A stretch of 64,000 nucleotides of DNA, taken from the NCBI GenBank assembly GCA_965229195.1, contig OZ245871.1, positions 2,720,420-2,784,419 on the forward strand. The letters run 5' to 3'. Below the pieces are notes generated by a model. That model saw only the letters and a program-made list of their open reading frames with translations. It was not told where the DNA came from and did no database searches. Made by a program: the position numbers and the translations under genes. Position 1 is the stretch's first letter, and each line of letters opens with the position of its first letter. This document shows positions 38,067 through 48,095 of this stretch, one piece after another. This stretch comes from Candidatus Obscuribacterales bacterium. GTDB lineage: Bacteria > Cyanobacteriota > Vampirovibrionia > Obscuribacterales > Obscuribacteraceae.

Positions 38067-39725
38067 ATGCTCAAAGCTGTGCCACTGCATTCGATACTGT
38101 TTGGTGTTCTCCCCGTACTGTGCGCCTACTCAAGTTTGGTTGCCTATCTTCTGCCTGAAGAATTGGTGTTGCCGCTAATTGTGAGCCTGGTTCTGGCAAT
38201 TATAGTGCTTTTGCTTTCCTATGCCTGTCTGCGTAATTGGTGCAGAGCTGGAATCGTCACATCAGCGCTGGTGCTGCTGAACTTCTCTTTTGAAGCCATG
38301 GCCGCTCCTGCCAATCGACTATTAAGTAGCTTTGGCTTGCCGCATGATGACAGAGTTTATCTTGTGCCTTTTACGCTTTTGATTTTCATTATCATCTATC
38401 TTTTGCTCAAGGCAAAAAGTGACTATAAGGCAGCGACATCGTGCCTCAACATAATGAGCGTATTGCTGGTGACTGGCAATGCTTTCTATATTGCCTGGCA
38501 TGAGTACAAAATATGTCTAACCATGAGCAAGATCTATCAGAATGACGATAAGGAGCTGGCTGCCATTGATCTGAAGCCGGTGCAGCATTTAAGCAATTCA
38601 AGCAGTTCGAACGATTCGCCAGATATTTATTACTTTATTCTGGATGCTTTTGGCCGCAGCGATACTCTCAAAGAAATCTATGATTTCGATAACTCATCGT
38701 TTATAGATGGCCTCAAAAAGCGGGGTTTCGTCATTCCTGCTGGCAGTCGCAGTAACTATCAGATGACCTGTCTGTCGTTGCCTTCGTCTTTGAATATGCA
38801 GTATCTAGATTATTTAGAGCCAACATTGGGTCGCGATTCTACTGATTACAGTGTGCTTTACCGCTTGATTCAGCGCAACAAAGTTACTTCATTGCTGAAA
38901 GGCCTGGGATATCGCTATGTTAATGTTCGCTCTGGCTGGAGCCCGACTGACTATATGCCGAATGCAGACGTCAATGTTGGCTTTGCCTATGGCAATGTTT
39001 TCCACCTTGCCCTGCTGCGAAACACTCTGATAGGTCCGTGGCAACGTGATTTTGACTTCTTGGGCTGGGCGGCGCGAAAGGTTCGCCTTTATGGCCTGCA
39101 GAATATTGAGTCAATTGCTCAATTGCAGTTTCAGTCTCAGGCTCAATCAGTTGTGCCGCCGCGTTCCACTTCTGCCCCGAAATTTGTTTTTGTTCACATC
39201 GTCGTTCCCCATCCACCCTTTCTCTTTAATGAAGATGGTAGCACTTACCCCCTTGGCGTAATTTCGCTATCTGACAAGTTTGAGAAGGAGAAATATGTCG
39301 CCCAGGTGAAGTTTATTCAGAAACAAGTTCTGGCGATGTTGGATCAGCTGGATAAGAACCCCAGGAAGAAAGTTGTGATCATTCAGGGTGATCACGGCCC
39401 GGCTTTGCAAAATGGTAGTGATGGTAATCCTTCGCCGGCCTTCCTGCGCGAGCGTATGCGCATATTAAATGCCTACCGACTGCCCGATGCTGATTCAAGC
39501 CTTATTTATGATGGAATAACTCCGGTAAACTCTTTTCGTGTCATCCTTAACCACTACTTTGAGGCTAAACTTCCGCTGCTGGCCGATAAATGCATCTACT
39601 CTCCTAACCCAACTCCTTTGCAGTTCGTTGACGTCACTAAAGAGGTAAGCAGAGACGTAACTAACAAAGTAACCGAGAAAGCGACAACTGATCTGCCAAC
39701 GAAAGTGGCAACGGATACTCATTAA
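38067..39725 (+). CDS. Membrane-anchored sulfatase-like hydrolase/transferase (alkaline-phosphatase superfamily; LTA-synthase/PEA-transferase-like).
   Basis: ~5 N-terminal TM helices followed by a sulfatase-like N-terminus (YYFILDAFGRSDT…, VFVHIVVPHPPF…, IIQGDHGP). Confidence 0.6.
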   Translation: MLKAVPLHSILFGVLPVLCAYSSLVAYLLPEELVLPLIVSLVLAIIVLLLSYACLRNWCRAGIVTSALVLLNFSFEAMAAPANRLLSSFGLPHDDRVYLVPFTLLIFIIIYLLLKAKSDYKAATSCLNIMSVLLVTGNAFYIAWHEYKICLTMSKIYQNDDKELAAIDLKPVQHLSNSSSSNDSPDIYYFILDAFGRSDTLKEIYDFDNSSFIDGLKKRGFVIPAGSRSNYQMTCLSLPSSLNMQYLDYLEPTLGRDSTDYSVLYRLIQRNKVTSLLKGLGYRYVNVRSGWSPTDYMPNADVNVGFAYGNVFHLALLRNTLIGPWQRDFDFLGWAARKVRLYGLQNIESIAQLQFQSQAQSVVPPRSTSAPKFVFVHIVVPHPPFLFNEDGSTYPLGVISLSDKFEKEKYVAQVKFIQKQVLAMLDQLDKNPRKKVVIIQGDHGPALQNGSDGNPSPAFLRERMRILNAYRLPDADSSLIYDGITPVNSFRVILNHYFEAKLPLLADKCIYSPNPTPLQFVDVTKEVSRDVTNKVTEKATTDLPTKVATDTH

Positions 39726-39817
39726 TCAGGATCTATTAACTATGTCTTAACCGCTCCTTAATTGCCCTGGGTATAGGTTGATATCAGATAAATAGAGAAG
39801 AAAGAGAGAAGAGAAAA

Positions 39818-40726
39818 ATGAATCCGTTTGAAATACATGGCCCAGCATATCTGGTGTTTTATTTTATGGTTTGCAGCACAGTTTTTATGGCTGCATATGC
39901 CGTTAGAGGAAGCCTTCTAAATCATGCCGCTAAAGCGAATGATCGCACCCAGAATGTCGAAGCTAAGTCGTTAGCTCAGACATTAGAACCATATGAAGCA
40001 GCTTTTCTTGCCGGTGGTGTTGAGCGAGTTTTCCTCACTGCGTGTGGCAGTCTTGCTCGTCATAACCTCATTGAAATTGACGGGGTTAGAGATAAGGTCA
40101 AAATTACTGGCTCAGCTAATTCTAAAGTTTACGCCGGTTTAGATCGAATCGAACGAGCATTGATTAGTCGCTGTAGCGGCTCCGGTGAGTCTTTGTCGTC
40201 GTGCAAAGCGGCGGTGACCACTGCTACTGCTGATTTAAAGCGCAAGTTAGCAATGAACGGCTTGATCGTTGATTCAAGTCAGAACACTACAGTTCAGATC
40301 TTGCCTGGTTTTATCTACTTGTTTGTTGCTCTGCTGTTTGCAGTACCCAAGTTTATAATTGCCAGCCAGATGCACTTGCCCTACACATTTTTGGTTTTCG
40401 AAATGGCAATTGCTGTGGCCGCTAGTTATCTTCTTTTTCGCACAGACAATTCAAGGACGGTTAAAGGTGATCGGGTCTTTCGCGCTTTGAGTGATGGTAA
40501 TTCAGCTTTGAGACTGACCCATGCCACCAATCCATCCAGCCTTTCCCTTAGAGATTGCGCCCTAGCTTATGGAGTATTCGGCGCTTTGGCTCTGGCCGGT
40601 GACCCTTTCATGGCTGCTCATGCTGGGTTGCACCGAGCCTATGCCGGTAGTAGCGATTCGAGCGGCTGCGGTAGTAGCTGTGGCAGCAGTTGCGGCGGCG
40701 GATGCGGTGGCGGTTGTGGTGGCTAA
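39818..40726 (+). CDS. Multi-pass membrane protein ending in a Cys/Gly-rich tail (…AGSSDSSGCGSSCGSSCGGGCGGGCGG). Resembles the TIGR04222-type membrane protein family, from memory. Candidate membrane-anchored substrate/precursor of the downstream MNIO.
   Basis: Purine-rich RBS. Several TM helices. The tail is encoded at ~40640-40723. Its stop codon is 2 nt before the ATG of the DUF692 gene. Confidence 0.75.
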   Translation: MNPFEIHGPAYLVFYFMVCSTVFMAAYAVRGSLLNHAAKANDRTQNVEAKSLAQTLEPYEAAFLAGGVERVFLTACGSLARHNLIEIDGVRDKVKITGSANSKVYAGLDRIERALISRCSGSGESLSSCKAAVTTATADLKRKLAMNGLIVDSSQNTTVQILPGFIYLFVALLFAVPKFIIASQMHLPYTFLVFEMAIAVAASYLLFRTDNSRTVKGDRVFRALSDGNSALRLTHATNPSSLSLRDCALAYGVFGALALAGDPFMAAHAGLHRAYAGSSDSSGCGSSCGSSCGGGCGGGCGG

Positions 40727-40727
40727 T

Positions 40728-41564
40728 ATGACTAATGTCACTACCATGACTAAAGAGAACAAGTCGCTTCAGGCTATTCCGCAGCTAGGAATTGGCTTCC
40801 GTCCTGAGCTTGCTCGCTTCATTGAACAACAAGAAAATATTCAGTTCGTCGAAATCATAGCTGAAGATTTTACGCATCTAGAGTGTGTTCCCCAGGCCTT
40901 GCGCGATTTGCAAAAGCGTGGTGTGACGATTATTCCTCACAGCTTGTCGCTCTCTGTCGGTGGAGCAGAGCGAGTTGCAGTAGAGCGAATTGAGCATTTG
41001 AACAGTCTGGCTCAATATTTTGACTCACCTTTTGTCAGCGATCATATTGCATTTGTGCGGGCTGGCAATATTGAGAGTGGTCATCTCTTGCCGGTGCGGC
41101 GTACCGAGGCTAATTTAGCGGTGGTCTGCGAAAACGTTCATGCGGTAAAAGCTGGCTTGTCTGTGCCTTTTGTCTTAGAGAATATTGCCACTACTTTTGA
41201 CTGGCCAGACAATGAAATGGATGAAGCGACTTTTGTCACTGCCGTTTTGGAGCAAACAGACTCGCGCTTATTGTTGGATGTATCAAACCTCTTTGCTAAT
41301 AGCCACAATCTCAATTTTGATGCCATTGGCTATTTGCAGTCTCTTCCCCTTGAGCGTCTCGAGTATGTTCATATGGCCGGTGGAATCTTCAAAAATGGTC
41401 TCTATCATGATAGTCACTGTCATTCTCTCAAAGAGCAGTCACTCAAGCTCTTAAGCGCATTGAAAGCTATCTGTTCGGTGCCGCGGGTCATGCTTGAGCG
41501 TGATGATAGCTTTCCATCCGTGGCAGAGCTAGTTGATGAGTTGGAGGCAATAGCCAATGCCTGA
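40728..41564 (+). CDS. DUF692 / MbnB-like protein (multinuclear non-heme iron-dependent oxidative enzyme, MNIO; TIM-barrel).
   Basis: N-terminus IPQLGIGFRPELARFIEQ…QFVEIIAEDF plus HSLSLSVGG and later His/Asp/Glu blocks characteristic of the UPF0276/DUF692 family. Translationally coupled to both neighbours. Confidence 0.8.
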   Translation: MTNVTTMTKENKSLQAIPQLGIGFRPELARFIEQQENIQFVEIIAEDFTHLECVPQALRDLQKRGVTIIPHSLSLSVGGAERVAVERIEHLNSLAQYFDSPFVSDHIAFVRAGNIESGHLLPVRRTEANLAVVCENVHAVKAGLSVPFVLENIATTFDWPDNEMDEATFVTAVLEQTDSRLLLDVSNLFANSHNLNFDAIGYLQSLPLERLEYVHMAGGIFKNGLYHDSHCHSLKEQSLKLLSALKAICSVPRVMLERDDSFPSVAELVDELEAIANA

Positions 41565-42030
41565 AGAAGAGTTTGCATTTGACACTGGCGCGCAGGCGAG
41601 CTTGGAGAGCAAGCGTCTGAACATGGCACAGGAGCAAAAAGAACTTATCGAAGCCTTGCTCTGCGGCGCTGCCCACCCGGCCGGATTTGACTCGACCCGC
41701 TTGCAATCGGCCTCTGAGGCCCTGGTGCGTAAAAGAGTTCGCTGCATGCAAAGAGCCCATCCTTTAGTGCAAGAGATTTGTCCACGCGACAACGATTCAA
41801 TTTTAGAGGCGCTGCACCAATTTATTCGTGAAAACCCGTCAGTGCACCCTCGGGGGCCATACTTCGATGCCCTGGCATTTCTCTCCTATCTTGGTCTGGA
41901 AAATTCCTCCAGCCTTGGCTGGAAGCCGAGCCGCCTGGCTGTTTGGAAAGCTGGCTGGATGGCTTTATGGAATGCCATTGGGAAGGTTTTATGCAAGACC
42001 GGCTGGACCCGGTTGGACAAACCAGATTAG
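41557..42030 (+). CDS. Short DUF2063-like MNIO partner protein (MbnC/TglI/BufC-analogous). Tentative.
   Basis: Its start overlaps the DUF692 stop (ATGCCTGA). Loose match to the DUF2063 N-terminal region (…RLQSASEALVRKRVRCMQRAHP…FIRENPS…YFDALAFLSYL). Confidence 0.45.
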   Translation: MPEEEFAFDTGAQASLESKRLNMAQEQKELIEALLCGAAHPAGFDSTRLQSASEALVRKRVRCMQRAHPLVQEICPRDNDSILEALHQFIRENPSVHPRGPYFDALAFLSYLGLENSSSLGWKPSRLAVWKAGWMALWNAIGKVLCKTGWTRLDKPD

Positions 42031-42111
42031 GGCGTCGGTTGAAGCGTTACCGACCAAACTACTAACCATACTACTAACCAAACTATCTACGCCAGGTTTA
42101 TAATCGGCGTA

Positions 42112-43902
42112 ATGCAAATCAAACTGACAAACCAAGGCTTCATACTTGTGCTCATTCCTCTGGCAGTGCAAGTGGCTTTTTTGGTGGCATTTTTTTGCAT
42201 GTTGCAGCAGGCTGAAAACGAGATTATTCAAGAGCAGCAGGCCCGTGATATGGTGACCAGTCTCAATCATATTGCCAGAACTATTTTGGCCTCGAGTGCT
42301 GGTGTTACGTTGCAAACTCCTGACGGCGGCACTGTCGGCGACGGTTTTAGGCCTTCCACGCCGGGTGATTCTCTGCCCCGTGAGTTCGCTAAATTAAGAC
42401 GCTTGTCGGTTGGTCATCCTGAGCAGATAAAGGCTATTGAGCATCTAGAAGTAACATGGCACGAGAGCTGGCATGCCATGAAGGAGATCAAGAACTATGC
42501 TAAGTCTGGTGAGAATTTCACAGTATTAGCCAAGGTGGCGAAGCTGCAAGTGAAGCTGCAGTCTGTCTATCGGGCGATTGAAGCTTGTGCAATTTACTTT
42601 GAACAATTGCAGGCTCAGGGGCCAGTGGTGCAGGAAGAGTTGAGGCAGCAGCAAAAGATGGCGCTATTAGCCTTTCTTTTAGTTGATGTGGCCATGGCGC
42701 TTGGCCTCTGCATCTACTTTAGTAAGCAGACCGGTGGTCGCTTGAAGACTCTGATGCAGAATGCTCGCAGTCTGGTGATTGGCAAACCGATTGAGGGGCG
42801 TTTGACCGGTAGCGATGAGTTGGCTGAGTTGCAACGCACTTTGATTCAGATGGCTGCTTCCCTGGCGCAGGCTAGACAAAAGGAACGAGCCATCCTGGAC
42901 AATGCTGGCGATGTCATTTGCTCTCTCGATGGCAATAGCTCTATCGTTACTACCAATAATGCCGCTCAAAAGCTCTGGGGCTTTAGCGAAGATGACTTGC
43001 TCGGGCGTCGTTTGGCGGAGTTAATTGACCCGGCGGATTGGGATGTAACTCGCCAAAAATTGGCAGAAATCAAAAAGACTGGCCAAGCTCAAGACATTGA
43101 GAACAGCGTCGTGACGGCCTCGGGAGCGGCCCTGGCTATGTTGTGGAATGTCAATTGGTCCGAGTCGGAAAAAAGTTATTTTTGCGTTGCTCACGATATC
43201 ACTGCAAGACGGCAGCTGGAGCGCCTCAAGCTAGAATTTATGTCAATGATTACCCACGACATTCGCTCGCCGATTAATTCGGTTCAGGCATTTCTATCAA
43301 TGTTAGCTGAGAAGTTTTACGGTGAGTTGAATGAGAAGGGCATGCAGCGCCTGAAGTCACTAGAAGAAAGTGTCAACCTTGTCAGTCGGCTGATTTCTGA
43401 CCTACTTGATTTAGAGAAGGCTGAATCGGGGATGCTTGTTTTAGAGCCTATTGATGCTGTATCTACTCAAATAATCGCTAGCTCAATTGATGTTGTACGT
43501 TCTATGGCAGAGCGAAAACAGGTTGCTGTAAGCCAGAAGGGAACTGCTTTTGATCTGTTCGTTGATCAAAATAGAATGATTCAGGTGTTGGTTAATTTGA
43601 TTGCCAATGCCATCAAGTTTTCTCCTGCAGGAACGACTGTGTCTGTAGAGTGTCGTCAGGAGGGAAAAGAGGCAATATTTGTTGTGGCGGATCAAGGGCC
43701 TGGTATAAAGCCTGAGCATCAAGCTCGTATTTTTGATCGCTTCGAGCAAATTGTTGGTCGCGGCAAAACCAGCGCAGGCAGTGGTTTGGGCTTGGCCATT
43801 GCTAAAGCCATAGTAGAGCAACATAATGGACGTATTGCTTTAGAAAGTGATGGTGAGCACGGCAGCACATTTGTTGTGCGTCTGCCAATCGGCGATGTTT
43901 GA
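42112..43902 (+). CDS. Sensor histidine kinase (2 TM helices, PAS, HisKA, HATPase_c).
   Basis: PAS-like ILDNAGDVICSLDGNS…; H-box HDIRSPINSVQ; G-boxes DQGPGI and GSGLGLAIAKAIVEQHNGRI. Confidence 0.85.
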   Translation: MQIKLTNQGFILVLIPLAVQVAFLVAFFCMLQQAENEIIQEQQARDMVTSLNHIARTILASSAGVTLQTPDGGTVGDGFRPSTPGDSLPREFAKLRRLSVGHPEQIKAIEHLEVTWHESWHAMKEIKNYAKSGENFTVLAKVAKLQVKLQSVYRAIEACAIYFEQLQAQGPVVQEELRQQQKMALLAFLLVDVAMALGLCIYFSKQTGGRLKTLMQNARSLVIGKPIEGRLTGSDELAELQRTLIQMAASLAQARQKERAILDNAGDVICSLDGNSSIVTTNNAAQKLWGFSEDDLLGRRLAELIDPADWDVTRQKLAEIKKTGQAQDIENSVVTASGAALAMLWNVNWSESEKSYFCVAHDITARRQLERLKLEFMSMITHDIRSPINSVQAFLSMLAEKFYGELNEKGMQRLKSLEESVNLVSRLISDLLDLEKAESGMLVLEPIDAVSTQIIASSIDVVRSMAERKQVAVSQKGTAFDLFVDQNRMIQVLVNLIANAIKFSPAGTTVSVECRQEGKEAIFVVADQGPGIKPEHQARIFDRFEQIVGRGKTSAGSGLGLAIAKAIVEQHNGRIALESDGEHGSTFVVRLPIGDV

Positions 43903-43908
43903 ATGATC

Positions 43909-44586
43909 TTAAATGTTGTTGCTGGACAGTTTGTATCCGACGCCATAAATCGTTTGAATTGCTGACTTGTCATCGACATCTATTTTTTTGCGCAAGCGTT
44001 TGATCCAGGTACGAACTGTTTCTGGGCCAGCTTCTGAATCTGACTTCCAAACATGAGCAAGAATGGCGTCTTGACTGAATACCCGATCAGGGTGACGCAT
44101 GAAGAACTCAAGTAAAGCTAGTTCTTTTGGTAACAGCTCTACTTTCTTTCCTGCCACCTCTGCTACCAAAGATTTTGTATTTAAGCTGAGGTGGGCTACT
44201 TTCAAAACTTCTTCTTCAAGCTGCGCTGGCCGTCTTAATAGCGCCCTGATGCGAGCTGATAGTTCGCGCAGATCGCAGGGCTTGGTGAGGTAATCGTCAG
44301 CTCCACTGTCAAAGCCACTGGTTTTATCGTCGATGCTGCCAAGGCCTGTGAGCATTATCACTGGGCTGACACCGCCATTCTTGCGGTAGCTCTGGCAGAC
44401 CTCTACCCCGGATAGACCTGGTAGCTGCCAATCTAGAACTATCAAATCAAAGCGAAATGACTTGGTCATCTCCAGACCCGAATCGCCATCATGGCAGACT
44501 TCTACCGTATGATTCTCGCGCCCTAGCCAATCGGTGACAATGGCAGCGAAGGCTTCGTCGTCTTCAACAAGTAGTATTTTGGCCAT
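43909..44586 (-). CDS. OmpR-family response regulator (receiver + winged-helix).
   Basis: Receiver motifs (MAKILLVEDDE…DLIVLDWQLPGLSG) and a Trans_reg_C end (…TIYGVGYKL). Convergent with the kinase, 6 nt apart. Confidence 0.9.
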   Translation of the reverse strand: MAKILLVEDDEAFAAIVTDWLGRENHTVEVCHDGDSGLEMTKSFRFDLIVLDWQLPGLSGVEVCQSYRKNGGVSPVIMLTGLGSIDDKTSGFDSGADDYLTKPCDLRELSARIRALLRRPAQLEEEVLKVAHLSLNTKSLVAEVAGKKVELLPKELALLEFFMRHPDRVFSQDAILAHVWKSDSEAGPETVRTWIKRLRKKIDVDDKSAIQTIYGVGYKLSSNNI

Positions 44587-44820
44587 ATCTGTTTATGGAC
44601 ACCCCGAGCAGCGACAAAAGTATAACCGTTTCACAGTGCTGTCACAATTGCTGCTTAGGATGCAAATACGGAAGTTCGGAAACCAAGCACAAACTTCTAG
44701 CACAAAAACGCTAAGCACAAAAACACCAAGAAGGCGACCTTTGTTGCCGGTCGAAAGACTATAGGTGTTTGAGTTTTACTATCTTCGGCTTTGCCGATAT
44801 TTTCTATATTTGGAGGTTCT

Positions 44821-45837
44821 ATGAGCGATCATTTACGACCGTCGTTTCAGGCTGAGAATTTTCGCGGAAATGACTCAAGCCCCATGCGTGATGCGGCTTG
44901 CCAGGCATATTCTCCTGAGAATCAAGCAGTTTTTCGTATCGATATTCGCTCGACGCAAGGTACAGAGTCGCTTCCTAGTTTGCAAATAGTATTTGAACAA
45001 GACGGCAATAATTCGCGCAATTTTTCTGGACGCGATAGTGGTGCGGGCTCACGAGGTCAGTTTGATGACAGTCGCAGAGATTTTTCGCCGCTTGATCGCA
45101 GCTCAAATTCTGATCGCTTTTCGCACTCGGGTGAATCCTCTCAATCAGACCAATTTTCACGCAATCCCTGGCACCACGGTCATGAGCATCACTCCCATGG
45201 CCATCACCGTTTGAATGATTCTTCTTCGTCTAATGGTCCGCAATTTTTAGGTAATGATCGTACGGGTACGTCTGATTTTGGTCAGTCCTCGCCCTTTGAT
45301 CGCCGCTCAGGCAACGACAATTCTTTTGTAAGTACCGACTCACCGCCCTGGGAAAACCAAAGTGATTTCAGTCGGGGCTACGGGAGTGGCGACCGAGGCG
45401 GGTACAGAGATAACTCTCGCTATGCCTCTCCGCTCGAATTACTAAATCAATTAGCTGAATATTTCCGCCAGAATGAGCTGTCTAATTCGCTTGACGGCAA
45501 TGGCTTTACCTCTGGTCCTGGTTCGCAGTTTCGCTTAGTTGATAGTACTTATCGACCGCCGACTGAATTGCCGACTCTTTCTGGTCTGCCTAAGCCAGGT
45601 GACCTCTTGAATGGCTTACCAACCCCTCCAGGCTTGCCAAAGCCAGGCGACCTCTTGAGTGGCCTGCCAACCCCTCCAGGCTTGCCTAACCCAGGTGACC
45701 TCTTGAGCGCCTTGCCGGCCCCTCCAGGCTTGCCTAACCCAGGTGACCTCTTGAGCGCCTTGCCGACCCCTCCTGGTCTACCTTCGCCTAAGAATATCTT
45801 TGATAAGTTGCCAAATCCGTTCAAGCTGTTCGGTTAG
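44821..45837 (+). CDS. Low-complexity Ser/Asp/Asn/Gly-rich protein with five C-terminal 16-aa repeats (GLPxPGDLLxxLPTPP).
   Basis: GGAGG RBS upstream of MSDHLRP. 48-bp DNA repeats at ~45584-45795. Confidence 0.55.
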   Translation: MSDHLRPSFQAENFRGNDSSPMRDAACQAYSPENQAVFRIDIRSTQGTESLPSLQIVFEQDGNNSRNFSGRDSGAGSRGQFDDSRRDFSPLDRSSNSDRFSHSGESSQSDQFSRNPWHHGHEHHSHGHHRLNDSSSSNGPQFLGNDRTGTSDFGQSSPFDRRSGNDNSFVSTDSPPWENQSDFSRGYGSGDRGGYRDNSRYASPLELLNQLAEYFRQNELSNSLDGNGFTSGPGSQFRLVDSTYRPPTELPTLSGLPKPGDLLNGLPTPPGLPKPGDLLSGLPTPPGLPNPGDLLSALPAPPGLPNPGDLLSALPTPPGLPSPKNIFDKLPNPFKLFG

Positions 45838-45962
45838 GCTGAAGGCTGCCCAGGGTTCAAAGTTGTCCAAAAACAGATATACACCTCTTGGGAAAGTACA
45901 AGAGGTGCATATTTGATTGAGTGAACGATTTTCTTGAGCTGCTTACTAACTAACTTACTTAG

Positions 45963-46682
45963 CTATTTTTTGCCGCCAATGTATTTGATGATCATGTCGT
46001 GCCATTGCGGCCAATCATGAGCATTTTCGTTATATTCTTCCACCGCGTGCCACACGCCTTTGTCCCACATTAGTTGTGAGAATCGTTTGTTGTTGCCGTG
46101 AAGCGGGTCTTCAACACCGATTGGAATGATCCAGTCGATTTCGCGAATTTTATGGAGCTTGTCGTGATCGTTTAAGTTTGCGATATATTCGCAGGGGCTG
46201 CCTTCTTTGATGACATCGTCAAAATGGTTGTCGGTCCATTCGTGCACATCGTAAACACCGCTCATGGCGACTACGCGCTTGAAGTGTTCAGGAAAGCGCA
46301 GCGCTATGCTGGCTGAGTGATATGCGCCAAAGCTGGCGCCAGTTGCGATTGCGAATGGATTGTCGTTTTTTGAGAGTGTGAAGGGCAAGACTTCTTGCAC
46401 AATATAGTTTTGATATTGCAGGTGTCTATGAGCGCGATCGGTTGGGTGGGCGTTTTTATTGAACCAACTTTCGGGGTCAACACTATCGACGCAGAAGACT
46501 TGAATCCAGCCTTCGGAGATATGATGGCCGAGGGTATTGATCAAACCCCGGTTTTCCCAGTCGTAAAAGCGCCCTTGTGAAGTTGGAAAGACAATGACTC
46601 GAGCGCCACTGTGTCCGAACTGAAGAAGCTCCATCTCGCGACCGAGAGCTGGGCTATGCCATTTATGATATTCCCGCAACAT
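45963..46682 (-). CDS. Esterase-family alpha/beta hydrolase (putative esterase, PF00756-like).
   Basis: GxSxG (ATGASFGAYHSA). Overall similarity in pattern to enterochelin-esterase/S-formylglutathione-hydrolase-type esterases. Confidence 0.7.
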   Translation of the reverse strand: MLREYHKWHSPALGREMELLQFGHSGARVIVFPTSQGRFYDWENRGLINTLGHHISEGWIQVFCVDSVDPESWFNKNAHPTDRAHRHLQYQNYIVQEVLPFTLSKNDNPFAIATGASFGAYHSASIALRFPEHFKRVVAMSGVYDVHEWTDNHFDDVIKEGSPCEYIANLNDHDKLHKIREIDWIIPIGVEDPLHGNNKRFSQLMWDKGVWHAVEEYNENAHDWPQWHDMIIKYIGGKK

Positions 46683-46872
46683 TTGCCTTGATTGCCTTTA
46701 GCCAGTATTGATGCCGAGAAATTGTATCATGGTGGCGCGAACGTCAAGGGTAACCGGGCGGTTACTAGTCTCGTAAGTAACTAAATCGCTATACTTGTTA
46801 ACGCAAATTGTTCATCCTTGTCATTATTGGAGCCATGCTCCTGGCAAGTTTCTCCAGTGAAGTGATTAACCT

Positions 46873-48033
46873 ATGAATTCAGTATTTTTATCGCCGAATT
46901 TCCCGCCCAACTTCGCTAACTTTGCTGTACAGCTAAAGCAAGCTGGAGCCTGCGTTTTAGGTCTTGGTGATGATCATTATGATGATCTCAGTGGCGATGT
47001 GCGGCGCAGTTTGACCGATTATTATCGCGTCTCAAGCATGCATAACTATGACGAATTGGTGCGGGCTATGGGCTACTTTACCCATCGTTACGGCAAGATG
47101 GACCACCTCGATTCACACAATGAATACTGGCTTGAAACTGAGGCTAGACTGCGTACTGATTTCAATATTGAAGGCATTGACGTTCATCAAATTGGCAAAA
47201 TTAAGCGCAAGTCTGAGATGAAGGAAGTGTTCATAAAAGCTGGGCTGAAGCCCGCCCGTGGTCGTGTTTGCAATAACAAAGAGGAGCTTCTCGCCTTTAT
47301 CAAAGAGGTGGGTTGCCCCGTGGTTGCTAAGCCGAATATAGGTGTTGGTGCGGCTAAGACCTTCAAAATCTGTTCTGAGGCTGAGATAGATAATTATCTA
47401 GCCGAGAAATTGCCAGAAGAATACATCGTAGAAGAATATTGCGAAGGGCAAATTGTTACTTATGACGGGCTCGTAGACGGCAACGGAGATGTGGTTTTCT
47501 CATCATCACTGCGTTACAGTCGTGGGGTTATGGAAGTTGTTAATGAAGATTCTGATATCTACTATCATACTGTGCGTCAAATTGAGCCAGAGCTAGAAGC
47601 CGCTGGTATTGCCACTCTTAAGGCCTTTGATATGCGCAAACGCTTCTTCCATCTTGAATTTTTTATGAAAGAAGATGGCTCCATTACGCCTTTAGAGGTC
47701 AACATTCGCCCACCAGGCGGCTTGACCCTCAATATGATGAATTATACTTTTGATGCTGACTGCTACCGCACTTGGGCCAATTTGATTGTGAACGGTGTTT
47801 CTGAACCTATGGGTGAGCGCAGCCATTTGGTGTTTTATGTCGGACGTAAGGATCGGATTCCTTATCAAATGACACACCAACAAGTATTGGAAAAGTGTTC
47901 GTCTGTGATGATGCATCATGAAAGATTGAATGATGTTTTCTCTGGCGCATTGGGTAATTACGGCTATCTCTTGCGCCATGAAGAGATTGAGCCTTTGCTC
48001 GAAGCTACTGAGCTGATTCAGCGGCGGGGCTAG
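46873..48033 (+). CDS. ATP-grasp domain protein (carboxylate-amine ligase-like).
   Basis: ATP-grasp blocks (…GCPVVAKPNIGVGAAKTFKI…, …EEYIVEEYCEGQIVTYDGLV…, …HLEFFMKEDGSITPLEVNIRPPGG). Confidence 0.7.
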   Translation: MNSVFLSPNFPPNFANFAVQLKQAGACVLGLGDDHYDDLSGDVRRSLTDYYRVSSMHNYDELVRAMGYFTHRYGKMDHLDSHNEYWLETEARLRTDFNIEGIDVHQIGKIKRKSEMKEVFIKAGLKPARGRVCNNKEELLAFIKEVGCPVVAKPNIGVGAAKTFKICSEAEIDNYLAEKLPEEYIVEEYCEGQIVTYDGLVDGNGDVVFSSSLRYSRGVMEVVNEDSDIYYHTVRQIEPELEAAGIATLKAFDMRKRFFHLEFFMKEDGSITPLEVNIRPPGGLTLNMMNYTFDADCYRTWANLIVNGVSEPMGERSHLVFYVGRKDRIPYQMTHQQVLEKCSSVMMHHERLNDVFSGALGNYGYLLRHEEIEPLLEATELIQRRG

Positions 48034-48095
48034 AGTTTGGGCAGGGAAGGTTAATTTACCTTGCAAATTGAAAGGCCAGCTTTTAAAATGCAAGG

